This document shows, in pieces, positions 10,094 through 20,215 of a DNA stretch of 64,000 nucleotides (position 1 is its first letter; each line of letters starts with the position of its first letter). The notes beneath the pieces were generated by a model. The model saw only the letters and a program-made list of their open reading frames with translations. It was not told the origin of the DNA and did no database searches. The translations under genes and the position numbers were made by a program. Source of the stretch: a virus; the IMG/VR virus record IMGVR_UViG_3300045988_033140, positions 41,447-105,446 of that record, one strand, 5' to 3'.

Positions 10094-10726
10094 TCATAAA
10101 ACTTTAGTTCTGTCAATTAGAATGGCTCCTAAAGAGTTGCCAATAAGTGCCACTATAAAGAAAGGAAACATTTCATAACAGAAAGAACCAGAAGCTATAA
10201 AATAACATAGGTCTGCAATACAGTGTTCACCGCCAAAGAGGATAAAACCCGCAACACATAATGGAACCATATATGGAGCAGAATTGCGGAAACAAGAGAC
10301 AGCCGTATACATAAACATACCACATACTATTGCTTTTATCATTACTAATCCAAGTGGAAGAGCTAGTTTGGTAGCGACCAAAGAAATGGCCGCAGAGTGC
10401 GGGAAGAACAAGAGTAAGCATACTCCAATTAGATTACCAACGAGAATTGTAGTAATGTTTTGCATATCTGCGGGATTCATATGTATAAACCCTATTACGC
10501 CAGTATATAACTTAAAGTTCATATTAAGAATGGTTAGAAGTCCTATAGAAAAGAGAAAGGCTCCTACTATTCCGCCGACTTGAAGATAAATATAACTAGC
10601 TATGGCAATCATCATGCCACCAAAAATGGAATTAATTAGCATCATGTAAGGTAATGATGCGCTGATTGCGGCTACCGCGCATAGGCAAGGTAATATCTCG
10701 CTCAGCTTGAATATAAGGGCCATCAA
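10094..10726 (-). CDS. Polytopic membrane protein (about 6 TM), possible small transporter; start uncertain (10726, 10723 or about 10648)
   Basis: Intact 210-aa ORF, almost entirely hydrophobic helices. Its 5' end overlaps the 3' end of nrdG in another frame. Confidence 0.45.
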   Translation of the reverse strand: MMALIFKLSEILPCLCAVAAISASLPYMMLINSIFGGMMIAIASYIYLQVGGIVGAFLFSIGLLTILNMNFKLYTGVIGFIHMNPADMQNITTILVGNLIGVCLLLFFPHSAAISLVATKLALPLGLVMIKAIVCGMFMYTAVSCFRNSAPYMVPLCVAGFILFGGEHCIADLCYFIASGSFCYEMFPFFIVALIGNSLGAILIDRTKVL

Positions 10727-11114
10727 TCAAGACATCCGCAGTCTTAAGGATTTCCCGCATATTGGTATCAGAAGAATGAAGAAGGTCTTCATATTTATTA
10801 CCTGTCCAAATGTAGATTTTAGTATCCGGTAGCTCTTTCTTTACTGTTGTTACAATCAAGCGAGTAAGGAATGAGTTATTCTGGCATAAAGGTTCTCCAC
10901 CCATGACACATAGATTTCTATGTATCCCATTAGCTTTCAATCCAGTAATGATTGATTGCAAAGTATCTTGTGTAAACTCTCTTCCACCATCAAAATCCCA
11001 AGTCTCAGGGTTGTGACACCCCTCACAATGGAAGGGGCATCCCTGAGTAAAGAATGATAGGCATACGCCCGGCGCTGAAGAAAAGTCATTATAAATAATT
11101 CCTGCGTAACGAAT
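10632..11114 (-). CDS. nrdG: Anaerobic ribonucleotide reductase activating protein (radical SAM), non-canonical start
   Basis: The track ORF lacks the N-terminus. Extending in frame gives IRYAGIIYNDFSSAPGVCLSFFTQGCPFHCEGCHNPETWDFDGG, the NrdG Cys cluster and NP..W motif. No ATG/GTG/TTG is available. ATT lies 8 nt after GGAGG and 3 nt after the nrdD stop. Confidence 0.65.
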   Translation of the reverse strand: MRYAGIIYNDFSSAPGVCLSFFTQGCPFHCEGCHNPETWDFDGGREFTQDTLQSIITGLKANGIHRNLCVMGGEPLCQNNSFLTRLIVTTVKKELPDTKIYIWTGNKYEDLLHSSDTNMREILKTADVLIDGPYIQAERDITLPMRGSRNQRIITLHDAN

Positions 11115-11117
11115 AGG

Positions 11118-13370
11118 TCATTCCTCCAATCGACCAGCGTGTTTTACTCTATCATTTGTTTCTGCAATTTTACCTGCGTTGAATGCGGTTGTATAGTTAC
11201 CAGTTAGATAGCCAGTTACTCGTCTAAGCTGTTGGATATGATGACTCCCGCAAACAGGACAATGGTCGTTAAACTCGTCCATGAAACCACAGTCAAGACA
11301 AGTATCATTAGGAACATTGATAGCAAAGTAGGGAATATCATGTTCCATGGCGTAATGTACTAGAGTTTCTAAAGCATCAATATTATTCTTGACGCCACTA
11401 TCAAGTTCGACATAAGTGATACACCCAGCGGAAGAATATCCAGTTAATTGACTCTCAATGTCAATCTTATCAAATGGAGACATTTCTTTCCATACGGGGA
11501 CATGAATAGAGTTAGTGAAATAATCTCTATCACTTACATTAGGAATTTCTCCGTACTTCTCTTTGAACTTTGTCATAGCTGTGTAGCAAAGATTCTCAGC
11601 AGGAGTATAATATACACCAAAGTTTAAGCTGTATTGCTCCTTAAACTCTGCGCATCTATCTTTAAAAAGCTGCTCAATCTGCTTTGCTAGCTTCATACCT
11701 TCTGGAGTAGTATGATCTTGACCAATAAGGATTTGCAGAGTTTCAGCTAGACCCAATTGACCAAGAGCAAGAGTACCATGCTTAAGAGCACTACGAGTAT
11801 TCTTACCGTCATAGCCTATCATTAAGCCGTTCTCATACATGAATTTGGCGGATGCCGCAGGTTGGGAGCAGATATAATCAAAACGTTCAATTAGCATATC
11901 TTTTGCTTCATGGATCTTCTGGTCAAGTTTATAGAGGAATCTGTCAATTAGAATTTGTCTATCATCAAAAGAATGATGGCCTTTTACATCTGCATCAAAG
12001 TTAATCTTACACTCCATAGCAAGAGTAGGCATGATAATAGTTACAGGACAAATATTGCCGCGTCCATCTTTTGTTTGACCGTTAACTCCATCATCATGAT
12101 TTATATCCCAACCATTCGCGGTTCTACAACCCATCGTACTAAAGTATGTGCGTGGATCGTTTCGATCATATCCTGCATTACCAGACCAATCAACATTAGC
12201 ATAATTAGGATAGAGTCTAGTTGCAGTAGATCTTAGGGCCAGTCTGAACAAATCATAGTTTGGATCGCCTGGCTTTTGATTGATACCTTTCATGCATTGG
12301 AAGATACCGCAAGGGAAGATAGAAGTTTTATGCAGTCTACCGAGTCCCTCGATAGAAACATCAAGCAATGCTTTTGTAACCATTCTACCTTCTGGTAGAG
12401 TGCAAGTACCATAGTTGATAGAAGTGAATGGTAATTGATTACCAGAACGAGATTGAAGAGTATTAAGATTATGATACATACCTTCTACAGCTTGATGCAC
12501 TTCTTTAACAGTCATATCAAGAGCATATTGATATGCTTTATCATAAATCATATATTCATTATCTTCAATTCCAGCAGTATCTGGGATATGGTCAAAAAGC
12601 TCTTTATCGGAGATATTCTCAATATACTTTAAACCTTCAATATAATGTTTTCTAAAACTTTTTCTTACATAAGGAACCATAGTCCAGTCAAGATGGGTAG
12701 CACTTACTCCACCAAATTGCTGTAAGGATTGAAGCTGGAAAATAACAGCAACCAACTGGAAAGCAGTATTCACAGAACCTGCGGGCCGCACGTCAGTCTG
12801 TCTAGTATTGAAACCTTTTGCGAGTAGATCATCAAAAGGAATAGAAAGACAGTTGTGCATACCAACTGCATAAGCAGATAGGTCATGGATATAAATTTCA
12901 TTGTTCTCGTGATTGCGGCGAGCCATATCAGAAACGCAGTAATCTAGAGCGTATCTCTTCATTTGCAAGTCAGACCCTGCGCCAACTCGACCGCCGAATG
13001 ACATTTCATCGACATTAGCGTTCTAATTCTCAATGGCTGTACCGTTAATCTTCTCAGAGAAAGCCTTAATAAAATCGTCTCTACCGGAGCGCGCAACTTC
13101 TCGCTTATAGCGATAACGAATATAGGTTTTAGCTACATCCTTGCGTTCAGACCGCATGAGGAAGTCTTCAACCATGTCTTGAATTTCCTCAACAGAGATA
13201 ATTTTATCTGTGGTCTTTACACTATACTTAATTTCATCAGCAATATCATTTGCTGTATCTTCTTCATATAAAGTGCCATCAACTTCGATAAAAGCCTTAT
13301 TGATGGCGTTAACGATTCTTTGCTTATCAAATGGTACAAGGATACCATTTCTCTTTTTCACTTGTAGCAA
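11118..13370 (-). CDS. nrdD: Anaerobic (class III) ribonucleoside-triphosphate reductase with N-terminal ATP-cone; single gene joined through 1 in-frame TAG
   Basis: The 628-aa ORF has the glycyl-radical motif RVTGYL and C-terminal Cys4. The upstream 115-aa ORF (VKKRNGILVPFDKQRIVNAINKAF, ATP-cone) ends in TAG exactly in frame (..AIEN[Q]NANVDEMSFGG..). TTG start 8 nt after GGGAG. Confidence 0.85.
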
Positions 13371-13435
13371 TCAAAACACTCCCTTGTATTATTTTTATGA
13401 ACGGATACTATATCTGGTGTTTTTGATAAGCAAAT

Positions 13436-13990
13436 TTAACAAAATTGCCCAGCTATAAGATCGACGGCATGAAGTAAATCGCCTGCATCTTGATTTTTAA
13501 TTACTTGATAATCAATATCCTCTAAATCTTCAAAATCTTGTTCGTCAGTTGAGAAGCGTCTGATAATTTCTTGGATATCAGGATTCTCTTCTCTGTTTAG
13601 CTGTCTGATTAGACGTTCTTTATCACTAGTCTGCACATAATACACAGTTAAATCTACGAAATTATCTTCCATTAGGCATCTAATACCTTGAGGATTAAAG
13701 ACGCCTATATTGATTTTATCTTTTGATAAACTAGATAAAGTAGTCCCATAATGCCAGTCATTAAATTCAGTTGCTTCTAGCATATCGCCATTAAGGACTT
13801 TCTCTGTGAATTGGTCAATTGTTAAGAAGTGATAATTTACTCCCTCTTGTTCTCCTTCGCGAGGAGGACGAGTAGTACAACTCACAATCTCATTAAATTT
13901 ATCAGGGTCTACTTTAACGAGAGCGCGAAGGATTGTATCCTTCCCGCTCCCGGCTTTGCCAAACAAAGCGATGACTTTGACTTTATTCAT
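13436..13990 (-). CDS. Guanylate kinase-family nucleoside monophosphate kinase
   Basis: P-loop GKAGSGKDT plus TTRPPREGEQEGVNYHF matches the GMP-kinase signature. Confidence 0.6.
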   Translation of the reverse strand: MNKVKVIALFGKAGSGKDTILRALVKVDPDKFNEIVSCTTRPPREGEQEGVNYHFLTIDQFTEKVLNGDMLEATEFNDWHYGTTLSSLSKDKINIGVFNPQGIRCLMEDNFVDLTVYYVQTSDKERLIRQLNREENPDIQEIIRRFSTDEQDFEDLEDIDYQVIKNQDAGDLLHAVDLIAGQFC

Positions 13991-16900
13991 CTTCTTCTTC
14001 CTCCCCAGTCGCTCTCTCGCTTCTTAAAACAAGAGAACCATCAGCAGTCACTTCATCAATATGATATAACTGGTGACCATTAGAACTTGCATACTTCTTA
14101 GTTACAAATTCATCGCCTCTACGGATACCTTGCACCATAATCATGTTTCCACGATTGAACCAAGACTTCTCAATGACGGTTTTAGTTCCATCACTATTCT
14201 TGCGGAAGGTCTGCCTATCAAACAAGGCGAAATACTCCTGTCTAAATTTAACAGATACTACACCTGTTGTTGTAAGTAGATACACAACACTCTTAGTCTT
14301 ATTTTTTGCAATGCAAGTTCCGCAGATTCTATTGAGTTTATAGATTGGAATAATAGATGCGCCTTTCTTAAAAGTTTTTTCAATAATTGGCTCTTCAGGC
14401 AGAGAGAAGAAATCTACTAAACCATACTTTTGAGTATTCACATTACTTAATTCGTGGTCATGGTAATAGAAGCACAGAACTTCCATTTCCCAAGAGGAAA
14501 TATTTCCTTTAGCATACTTTTCCCAATCTTGCATGAAGATTCGAGTATTCAGTTCATCAAGAATACTATCTTTATTTTCTTTAATCCAATCTCTGAATAT
14601 ATCCATTTCCTTTTGATAGAAGTTATCCCAATCTTTTACATTAAAGAGGAACATATCATTCTCATTCACGATATTCTCCTCGATGCCCCCGACTTGCGTA
14701 CTAAGCTCATAAATGAAGTCAACCGCTCGTTCATCCAACTTATAATAAGTCCCATCATACTTACATTCTGCTTTTAGATACCGATTGAACTCATAGATCC
14801 TGCGCGCAAGAACTTGCTCTTCTGTATTTTCAGGCAGAAGACCGTAGCGGATAAGGCCTGGCATATTTTGTAGAGTTAAACGCTTTTTTCTATCACAGGT
14901 CATCCATAAATATTGTACCATAGCTTCTTTACGATTACAGAATTGATCAAAAGCACCACCCTTAATAAGAGCAATCATAGCTTGCTTATTAGGTGTTACT
15001 CTATAATAAAAATCAACCATAGATACATATGGACGTTTTGCGATAATCTCTTTAATCAAATCATTGTTGACATTAGTTAAACCCTTTAGACCAAACAGGA
15101 TTTGATTGTTCTCTGCGTCGGGCTTAAATCCAAGAGCAGAATGGTTAATATCAACAAGAGATACCTTAATGCCTTTGTTACGAATTTCACCAATAGCCTT
15201 TGCTAACTTTGTATAGTCAGATTGCTCGCCCTCATCTTCATCAATAGCACCACTATTAACGATTAAGTACGCGGTATTCCAATACACAGGATTGAAATGT
15301 GTAGCGAGATAAAGAGTCTGCATACCAACGAAGCTATAAGCAAGAGCATGGATTACAGAGAATGAGTAGCCCATCTGCGGGCCGAGTCCAAATTTCCAAA
15401 CATACTTGCCTAACATTTCTGACTTTGCTGTATCCAGAACCTTCTGATGAAGTTCTGGAATCTTATCCATCAGTTTCTTACCAACAATCTTTCTTGCGGC
15501 GTTGGCTTCAGCCAGACTAAAGTTGCAGATATCTGGATCCCGCAACATCTTCATCAACTGTTCTTGAGAGGGAGGTACACCATAAGAAGATAAGAAGTAA
15601 GGCTCCAAAGTTTTCTGCTCTTGTTTTGTCAGACCATTATTATCCATCTCTTGATACCACAAAGAGATATTATTCTTATATCTGACATATTTTTCCATCG
15701 GAGTTTCTGCGCCCGGTTCAGAAGCCATAAGACGCATCAAACCATTAGCGTCCGCCATTTCGAGAGGATTATGCGGACGGATTTTCTTGGCTGCCTGTGC
15801 GCCAACCGCGCTATCAAACTGGAAACAACCGATTACATCACCATTTGCCAGAGCAGTCCACATTGCTTCATCATCCTGCGGAAGAACAGATGGGTGCAAA
15901 TACTTATCATAAGCCTCTCTAAGAGTTAAATCTTTTTCAATAACGTCATCGGCTTGAAGAAGTTCAATAGTCTGAATAATAATATCCTGCACACTTGTTA
16001 GCAGAAAGTCATATTTCACAGAGCCTGCGGCTTCCTGGTCATGCAGATCCCACTGAGTAATCAATGCGCCCTTTGGAGTACGCATAACTGCGGCGGAATC
16101 ATAGATATTTTCATCAAAGAGAATAACACCAGATGCGTGACTACTTCTCTTATTTACCATGCCCTGAATACGAACAATAATGTCTAATAGTCCGTCATAC
16201 TGCGAAACCGCAGTTACAAATGCTTTAACAGGTTTTCTGCCTTTCTCTTGATTACCATTGACGACATCTTCAATTGGCCACAAGAAACCACGCTCTTGAG
16301 GAATCAAAGAACTCAAATATTGTGCTTCATCAACATCAATACCATCGGGATATTCCTCAGAACGATAACCTCTACACGCAGTCAAGATTGCGGACTTCGT
16401 ACCTTCTGTACCGAAAGTACAAACCTGGACTAGACCAAGTTCTCCTCTTTCCTTGCGGATTTCGGCAAAAATCTTCTGAATTTTAGACGGCGCCAAGTCA
16501 AGATCGATATCGCCTAACTCAACGCGTTCATCGTTAATGTAACGCCAGAAAGGTAAGTCCCATTCGATGGGGTCAAGCTGAGTAATACCAAGGAGATAAT
16601 GGTTTAAAGCTGCACACGCAGAACCACGACCTGCACCGACTGTACTTCCGCAATTCCAGAACAAATCTACATAGTGCTTCAATGTATTAGGGTATGCGAA
16701 CATACAGGTCTGCAACTTCTCGCCAATAACTCTCTTTACTCTTGCTTCTTCTTCAAGTCTTTCCCAATACTCTTTCTTGTGGATAAGACCCTTCTCCTGC
16801 ATTGCAATGATGCATTCCTGAATCCAATATTTCTCTTGCTCATTATCAGATTCAATCAAGGAAGTTAGCACTTTATAATCGTCACGGAAAGTATCCATCA

Positions 16901-17879
16901 TATTTTCTGGAACTCGTGACCAATCATATTTATTATAATGAGTTACTTCTACTTCTGGAATAGACTGATGCTTCTCAAGAGAATAAAACTCAATCTTATC
17001 CTTGATTTCATTAGAATTGTCGTAGATCCAATAAATTGTATTTAAGTCGTAGCTAGACAAAAGTAAATCTGTTGCCTCTTGCTCAGACATAAGATAAGTA
17101 AACTCATAAAATGAATCAACTTCTCTTTCTCCACCTTTGGAATTAAGATAAGATTTATGCACATATCTGTCTTCTTTGGTGAGATAGTGAGCGTCAGTAC
17201 CAACGCATACTTTTACATCAAATGCTTTAGCGATACTAAGCATTCTCTTATTTGCAATGATCTGCTCCTCGTTATTCGCTGGCGCACACTCTATATAAAA
17301 ATCATCTTTACCAAAGACATCAATACCGAACTCCATAAAGTCGATAATCTGCTCGTGGTAACGACGTGCATTATTTTCATCGTTAGCTTTTTCGCAAGCA
17401 TCAAGGTTTAGAATAGACTGTCCCAATTCTCCACCGATACAAGCAGTTGTGCCAATAATATCTCCCTTAAATCTTTGCATGATCTCTTTGAGTTCAGATT
17501 TAAGGAGCGGCACTCTTTCCATTCGACGGTCATAATAACCGTTTGTCCATGCAATAGAGGACAACTCTTTTAGACCTCTATAGCCATGTTCATTCTTTGC
17601 GAGAAGAATAAAGTGATAATACTTCTGACCCATTTCTCGCGTATCGGTCAGATAGATTTCGTTACCCAATGCAATAGTAAACTCAGGATGAGTGTTCTGT
17701 AGTTTTTTAGCATATTTGTTGACTCTCATATGAGCACTCAACGATTCGTGGTCTGTAATTGCGATTCCTGTCAATCCAAGCTCGATAGCTTTATCAATCA
17801 ACTCTTCCGGGTGATTTATACAGTCGAGAAGACGGAGATTGCTATATTCTGTATGAGCATGATTGTTGAAATAACTCAT
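13983..17879 (-). CDS. DNA polymerase III alpha-type replicative polymerase with N-terminal PHP domain (1298 aa)
   Basis: Intact ORF with N-terminal PHP motif (HAHTEYSNL..ITDHESL). Size and architecture fit DnaE/PolC-like polymerases. No in-frame TAG. Confidence 0.9.
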   Translation of the reverse strand: MSYFNNHAHTEYSNLRLLDCINHPEELIDKAIELGLTGIAITDHESLSAHMRVNKYAKKLQNTHPEFTIALGNEIYLTDTREMGQKYYHFILLAKNEHGYRGLKELSSIAWTNGYYDRRMERVPLLKSELKEIMQRFKGDIIGTTACIGGELGQSILNLDACEKANDENNARRYHEQIIDFMEFGIDVFGKDDFYIECAPANNEEQIIANKRMLSIAKAFDVKVCVGTDAHYLTKEDRYVHKSYLNSKGGEREVDSFYEFTYLMSEQEATDLLLSSYDLNTIYWIYDNSNEIKDKIEFYSLEKHQSIPEVEVTHYNKYDWSRVPENMMDTFRDDYKVLTSLIESDNEQEKYWIQECIIAMQEKGLIHKKEYWERLEEEARVKRVIGEKLQTCMFAYPNTLKHYVDLFWNCGSTVGAGRGSACAALNHYLLGITQLDPIEWDLPFWRYINDERVELGDIDLDLAPSKIQKIFAEIRKERGELGLVQVCTFGTEGTKSAILTACRGYRSEEYPDGIDVDEAQYLSSLIPQERGFLWPIEDVVNGNQEKGRKPVKAFVTAVSQYDGLLDIIVRIQGMVNKRSSHASGVILFDENIYDSAAVMRTPKGALITQWDLHDQEAAGSVKYDFLLTSVQDIIIQTIELLQADDVIEKDLTLREAYDKYLHPSVLPQDDEAMWTALANGDVIGCFQFDSAVGAQAAKKIRPHNPLEMADANGLMRLMASEPGAETPMEKYVRYKNNISLWYQEMDNNGLTKQEQKTLEPYFLSSYGVPPSQEQLMKMLRDPDICNFSLAEANAARKIVGKKLMDKIPELHQKVLDTAKSEMLGKYVWKFGLGPQMGYSFSVIHALAYSFVGMQTLYLATHFNPVYWNTAYLIVNSGAIDEDEGEQSDYTKLAKAIGEIRNKGIKVSLVDINHSALGFKPDAENNQILFGLKGLTNVNNDLIKEIIAKRPYVSMVDFYYRVTPNKQAMIALIKGGAFDQFCNRKEAMVQYLWMTCDRKKRLTLQNMPGLIRYGLLPENTEEQVLARRIYEFNRYLKAECKYDGTYYKLDERAVDFIYELSTQVGGIEENIVNENDMFLFNVKDWDNFYQKEMDIFRDWIKENKDSILDELNTRIFMQDWEKYAKGNISSWEMEVLCFYYHDHELSNVNTQKYGLVDFFSLPEEPIIEKTFKKGASIIPIYKLNRICGTCIAKNKTKSVVYLLTTTGVVSVKFRQEYFALFDRQTFRKNSDGTKTVIEKSWFNRGNMIMVQGIRRGDEFVTKKYASSNGHQLYHIDEVTADGSLVLRSERATGEEEEDE

Positions 17880-17908
17880 AAACTATCTCCTTTACCTTTT
17901 ATATAAAT

Positions 17909-17937
17909 ATTATAGCATAATTAAATACAAAAAGCAA
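17909..17937 (-). promoter_or_regulatory. Sigma70-like promoter (TTGCTT-17-TATAAT) upstream of the polymerase gene
   Basis: The -10 is at 17909-14 and the -35 at 17932-37, minus strand. Member of the recurring promoter family. Confidence 0.4.
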
Positions 17938-17941
17938 GTTA

Positions 17942-19102
17942 TCAATCTTTTAATACCAAGGTTAATTTCTGCGAAGCCCTTGTTACAGCTGTGTATAGCC
18001 ATCTTGCATGATCTGCTCTTTTAAGGACTTCTTCAAGTACCAGAACTTTATCATACTCGCTACCCTGACTCTTATGCACTGTAATACAATAGCCATAATC
18101 AAATTGCTCTGGCCGTAACTGCTTAGGAAACATTCGGAAGTTTTCTTTATTGACAGTCGCTTCTTTTGTAGTAATAAGCTTATAGTCCATCAAGAGTTCA
18201 TGGAATACTTGATCACGAGGATCTGTTTCGTCAATAGTTTCTGGCGCAAAATCAATGATACACATGGGATTAAGCCATGGGTTAGGGTAAGTAGCAATCT
18301 CTTCGATTGTGCCGATGGTTCCATTAACAAGAGCATCACCTGTGGCAGTAATCTTATCCCAGTTATTCTTAAGACAAATAACTTTATCTCCAACAATAGG
18401 AGCAGGAATATCTTCGCCATATCGCATATTACGATAATAATTATTCATAGTATGACGAGTGATATTCTTACCACAAAGAATTTGATCAGCCCATGTGAAC
18501 ATACCATCGCAAAGGTCTCTCTGTCGAACGACGTTGATTTCTGAACCCTTGTAAGGTTTAATAATCTTACCAGCACGAATATCTGCGGACAGGCGGATAA
18601 TTTCGCTTTCTGCGGCCTGGCGCATAATTTCGTCAAGGAAGATATGCGGATGGTCGAGGATGCCATTCTCCTCGCCAATAGGAGGCAACTGGCCTGGGTC
18701 GCCGCAAGCAATTACATAAACATTATGCGATAGTAATAGCTCCCACATCTGTTTTGGTAGCATAGATACCTCATCTACGACGACAATGTCACAATCAGAG
18801 TTAAGCGATTCTCTCGGAATATGAATGAAAGTGCCATCAGCTCGCTGTAAGGATTTGTAGAGTAGTCGATGTGCAGTCATCGCAGTCGGACAACCTTTAT
18901 TTCTTAATACTTGTGCGGCTTTGCCAGTATAAGCAATATAGGCTACTCGTTCGGGGTTGACATCTAGAGCAGAAATAATGAACTTAATAAGAGTTGATTT
19001 ACCTGTTCCAGCGTAGCCTGAAATCACGGTATAAGGTTCATTCTGGTGATATCGCTCTACTGCGATTCTCAATCCTTCCTCTTGCTTACGTGTTAGTTCC
19101 AT
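17942..19102 (-). CDS. RecD/Dda-like SF1 DNA helicase
   Basis: Walker A (GYAGTGKST) and C-terminal SF1 motifs (ITVHKSQGSEYDKVLVL, AVTRASQKL). Confidence 0.7.
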   Translation of the reverse strand: MELTRKQEEGLRIAVERYHQNEPYTVISGYAGTGKSTLIKFIISALDVNPERVAYIAYTGKAAQVLRNKGCPTAMTAHRLLYKSLQRADGTFIHIPRESLNSDCDIVVVDEVSMLPKQMWELLLSHNVYVIACGDPGQLPPIGEENGILDHPHIFLDEIMRQAAESEIIRLSADIRAGKIIKPYKGSEINVVRQRDLCDGMFTWADQILCGKNITRHTMNNYYRNMRYGEDIPAPIVGDKVICLKNNWDKITATGDALVNGTIGTIEEIATYPNPWLNPMCIIDFAPETIDETDPRDQVFHELLMDYKLITTKEATVNKENFRMFPKQLRPEQFDYGYCITVHKSQGSEYDKVLVLEEVLKRADHARWLYTAVTRASQKLTLVLKD

Positions 19103-19295
19103 TTTCCTTCTCCTTAATTACTGCATCTACTTTAGCTTTCAAGTCATATAAATCTTCTAGCTTTACATCATAAAGTAGTCTAGTATTCATCGGTAGCATA
19201 ATTAAATCATCATCTAATTTATAGGAGAGTTGCTCATATAGCGAGACTGCTTCTGAAATATTCATGCTAGTTAAATCTACATATAAAATATTCAT
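19086..19295 (-). CDS. Hypothetical small protein (about 69 aa)
   Basis: ATG with AAAGGAAAAG RBS. It overlaps the RecD-like start. Confidence 0.35.
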   Translation of the reverse strand: MNILYVDLTSMNISEAVSLYEQLSYKLDDDLIMLPMNTRLLYDVKLEDLYDLKAKVDAVIKEKENGTNT

Positions 19296-19321
19296 ACCAC
19301 TTTTCCTTTCCAAAAATAGTA

Positions 19322-19366
19322 AACCCTGTTTTAGTTTTGACGAACGGCCGTCTAGGTTCCGGCCAG
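19322..19366. other. GC-rich imperfect hairpin (TTGACGAACGGCCG...CGGCCAGTTCGTCAA) in an AT-rich intergenic spacer
   Basis: Seen directly. Its stability is unusual for this genome. It lies between the lysozyme gene stop and the next gene start. Confidence 0.3.
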
Positions 19367-19383
19367 TTCGTCAATTCCTTATT

Positions 19384-20148
19384 TTAACTTATGAAGTAAT
19401 TATATGCAGCAATAGCATTTTGCTGTCGCGTATAATAGCTCCCAGAACCGCATCTCTCATAGCATTTAGCAAATGCCAGAGCGGCGCTTTTAATGTCGGT
19501 TAAATCTAAGAAACTATTGTAATCAAAGTTTCTCTTATAAACATAACCGAATGTATCGAACTCGTACTCAATAGTATCTCGCAGATAGTCGCATTGCTCT
19601 TCTAACGAGGCTCCCCATACATTTGAGTAGGCTTTATTCCATTGACATATACCATAATATCCGTTACCAGAAATCGTGGCTTGAATGTCTAATGTGTTAC
19701 CTCCAGTTTCAGCCATTATATTACCAAGAATGCCAGCACAAACTTGGTTACTGTAGCCCAGATCTTTGAAGTAGGTCCATATATAAGTAGCTGTTGGGTA
19801 CTCTTCTTCCTTTTGATGCCAATGTTCCATGAGTTGGTCATATACGCTTTGATATTTCATTCTCAAAGCATTTGCATCAGCGTGTTCTTGTTTTGCTAAT
19901 ACAATGACGTCATGGTCTTCACTATAGCCTAGCTATCTAGCAGCTTCAGCCATTTGATGTGCGGCGTTCATATTCGAGATTTGTTCCGCAATAAGCTCAA
20001 CCAATGTATCCATATCATCAAGAGTATAACTAACAGTTTCGTTATACGGTACGGAATAGGCTTGAGTAGTGACCACTAGGCCATAGCCACATCCGCATAA
20101 AGACAATATAATGATTAAACTTGTGATAACTTTAATAAAACGACTCAT
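19384..20148 (-). CDS. Lipoprotein-signal lysozyme (Phage_lysozyme2-like domain), joined through 1 in-frame TAG
   Basis: The 71-aa ORF has a lipobox (LSLCGCG) and ends in TAG in frame with the 160-aa lysozyme-like ORF (..AAR[Q]LGYSEDHDV..LRMKYQ..). The catalytic domain resembles the N-terminal domain of the endolysin at 37523..38930. Confidence 0.6.
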
Positions 20149-20215
20149 TTGATTGTTCCTCCTTTAGTAAGAGGTCGCGCAATCATTAAAAATAATATTC
20201 CTGACGATTTATAAT

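Noticed and set aside
10094-10726. Assigning the polytopic membrane protein as PnuC or a formate (FNT) transporter because of its position next to nrdDG and the NAD genes
   Set aside because: No family-specific motifs are recognisable by eye, and the size (210 aa) fits neither family well. Left as a generic membrane protein.
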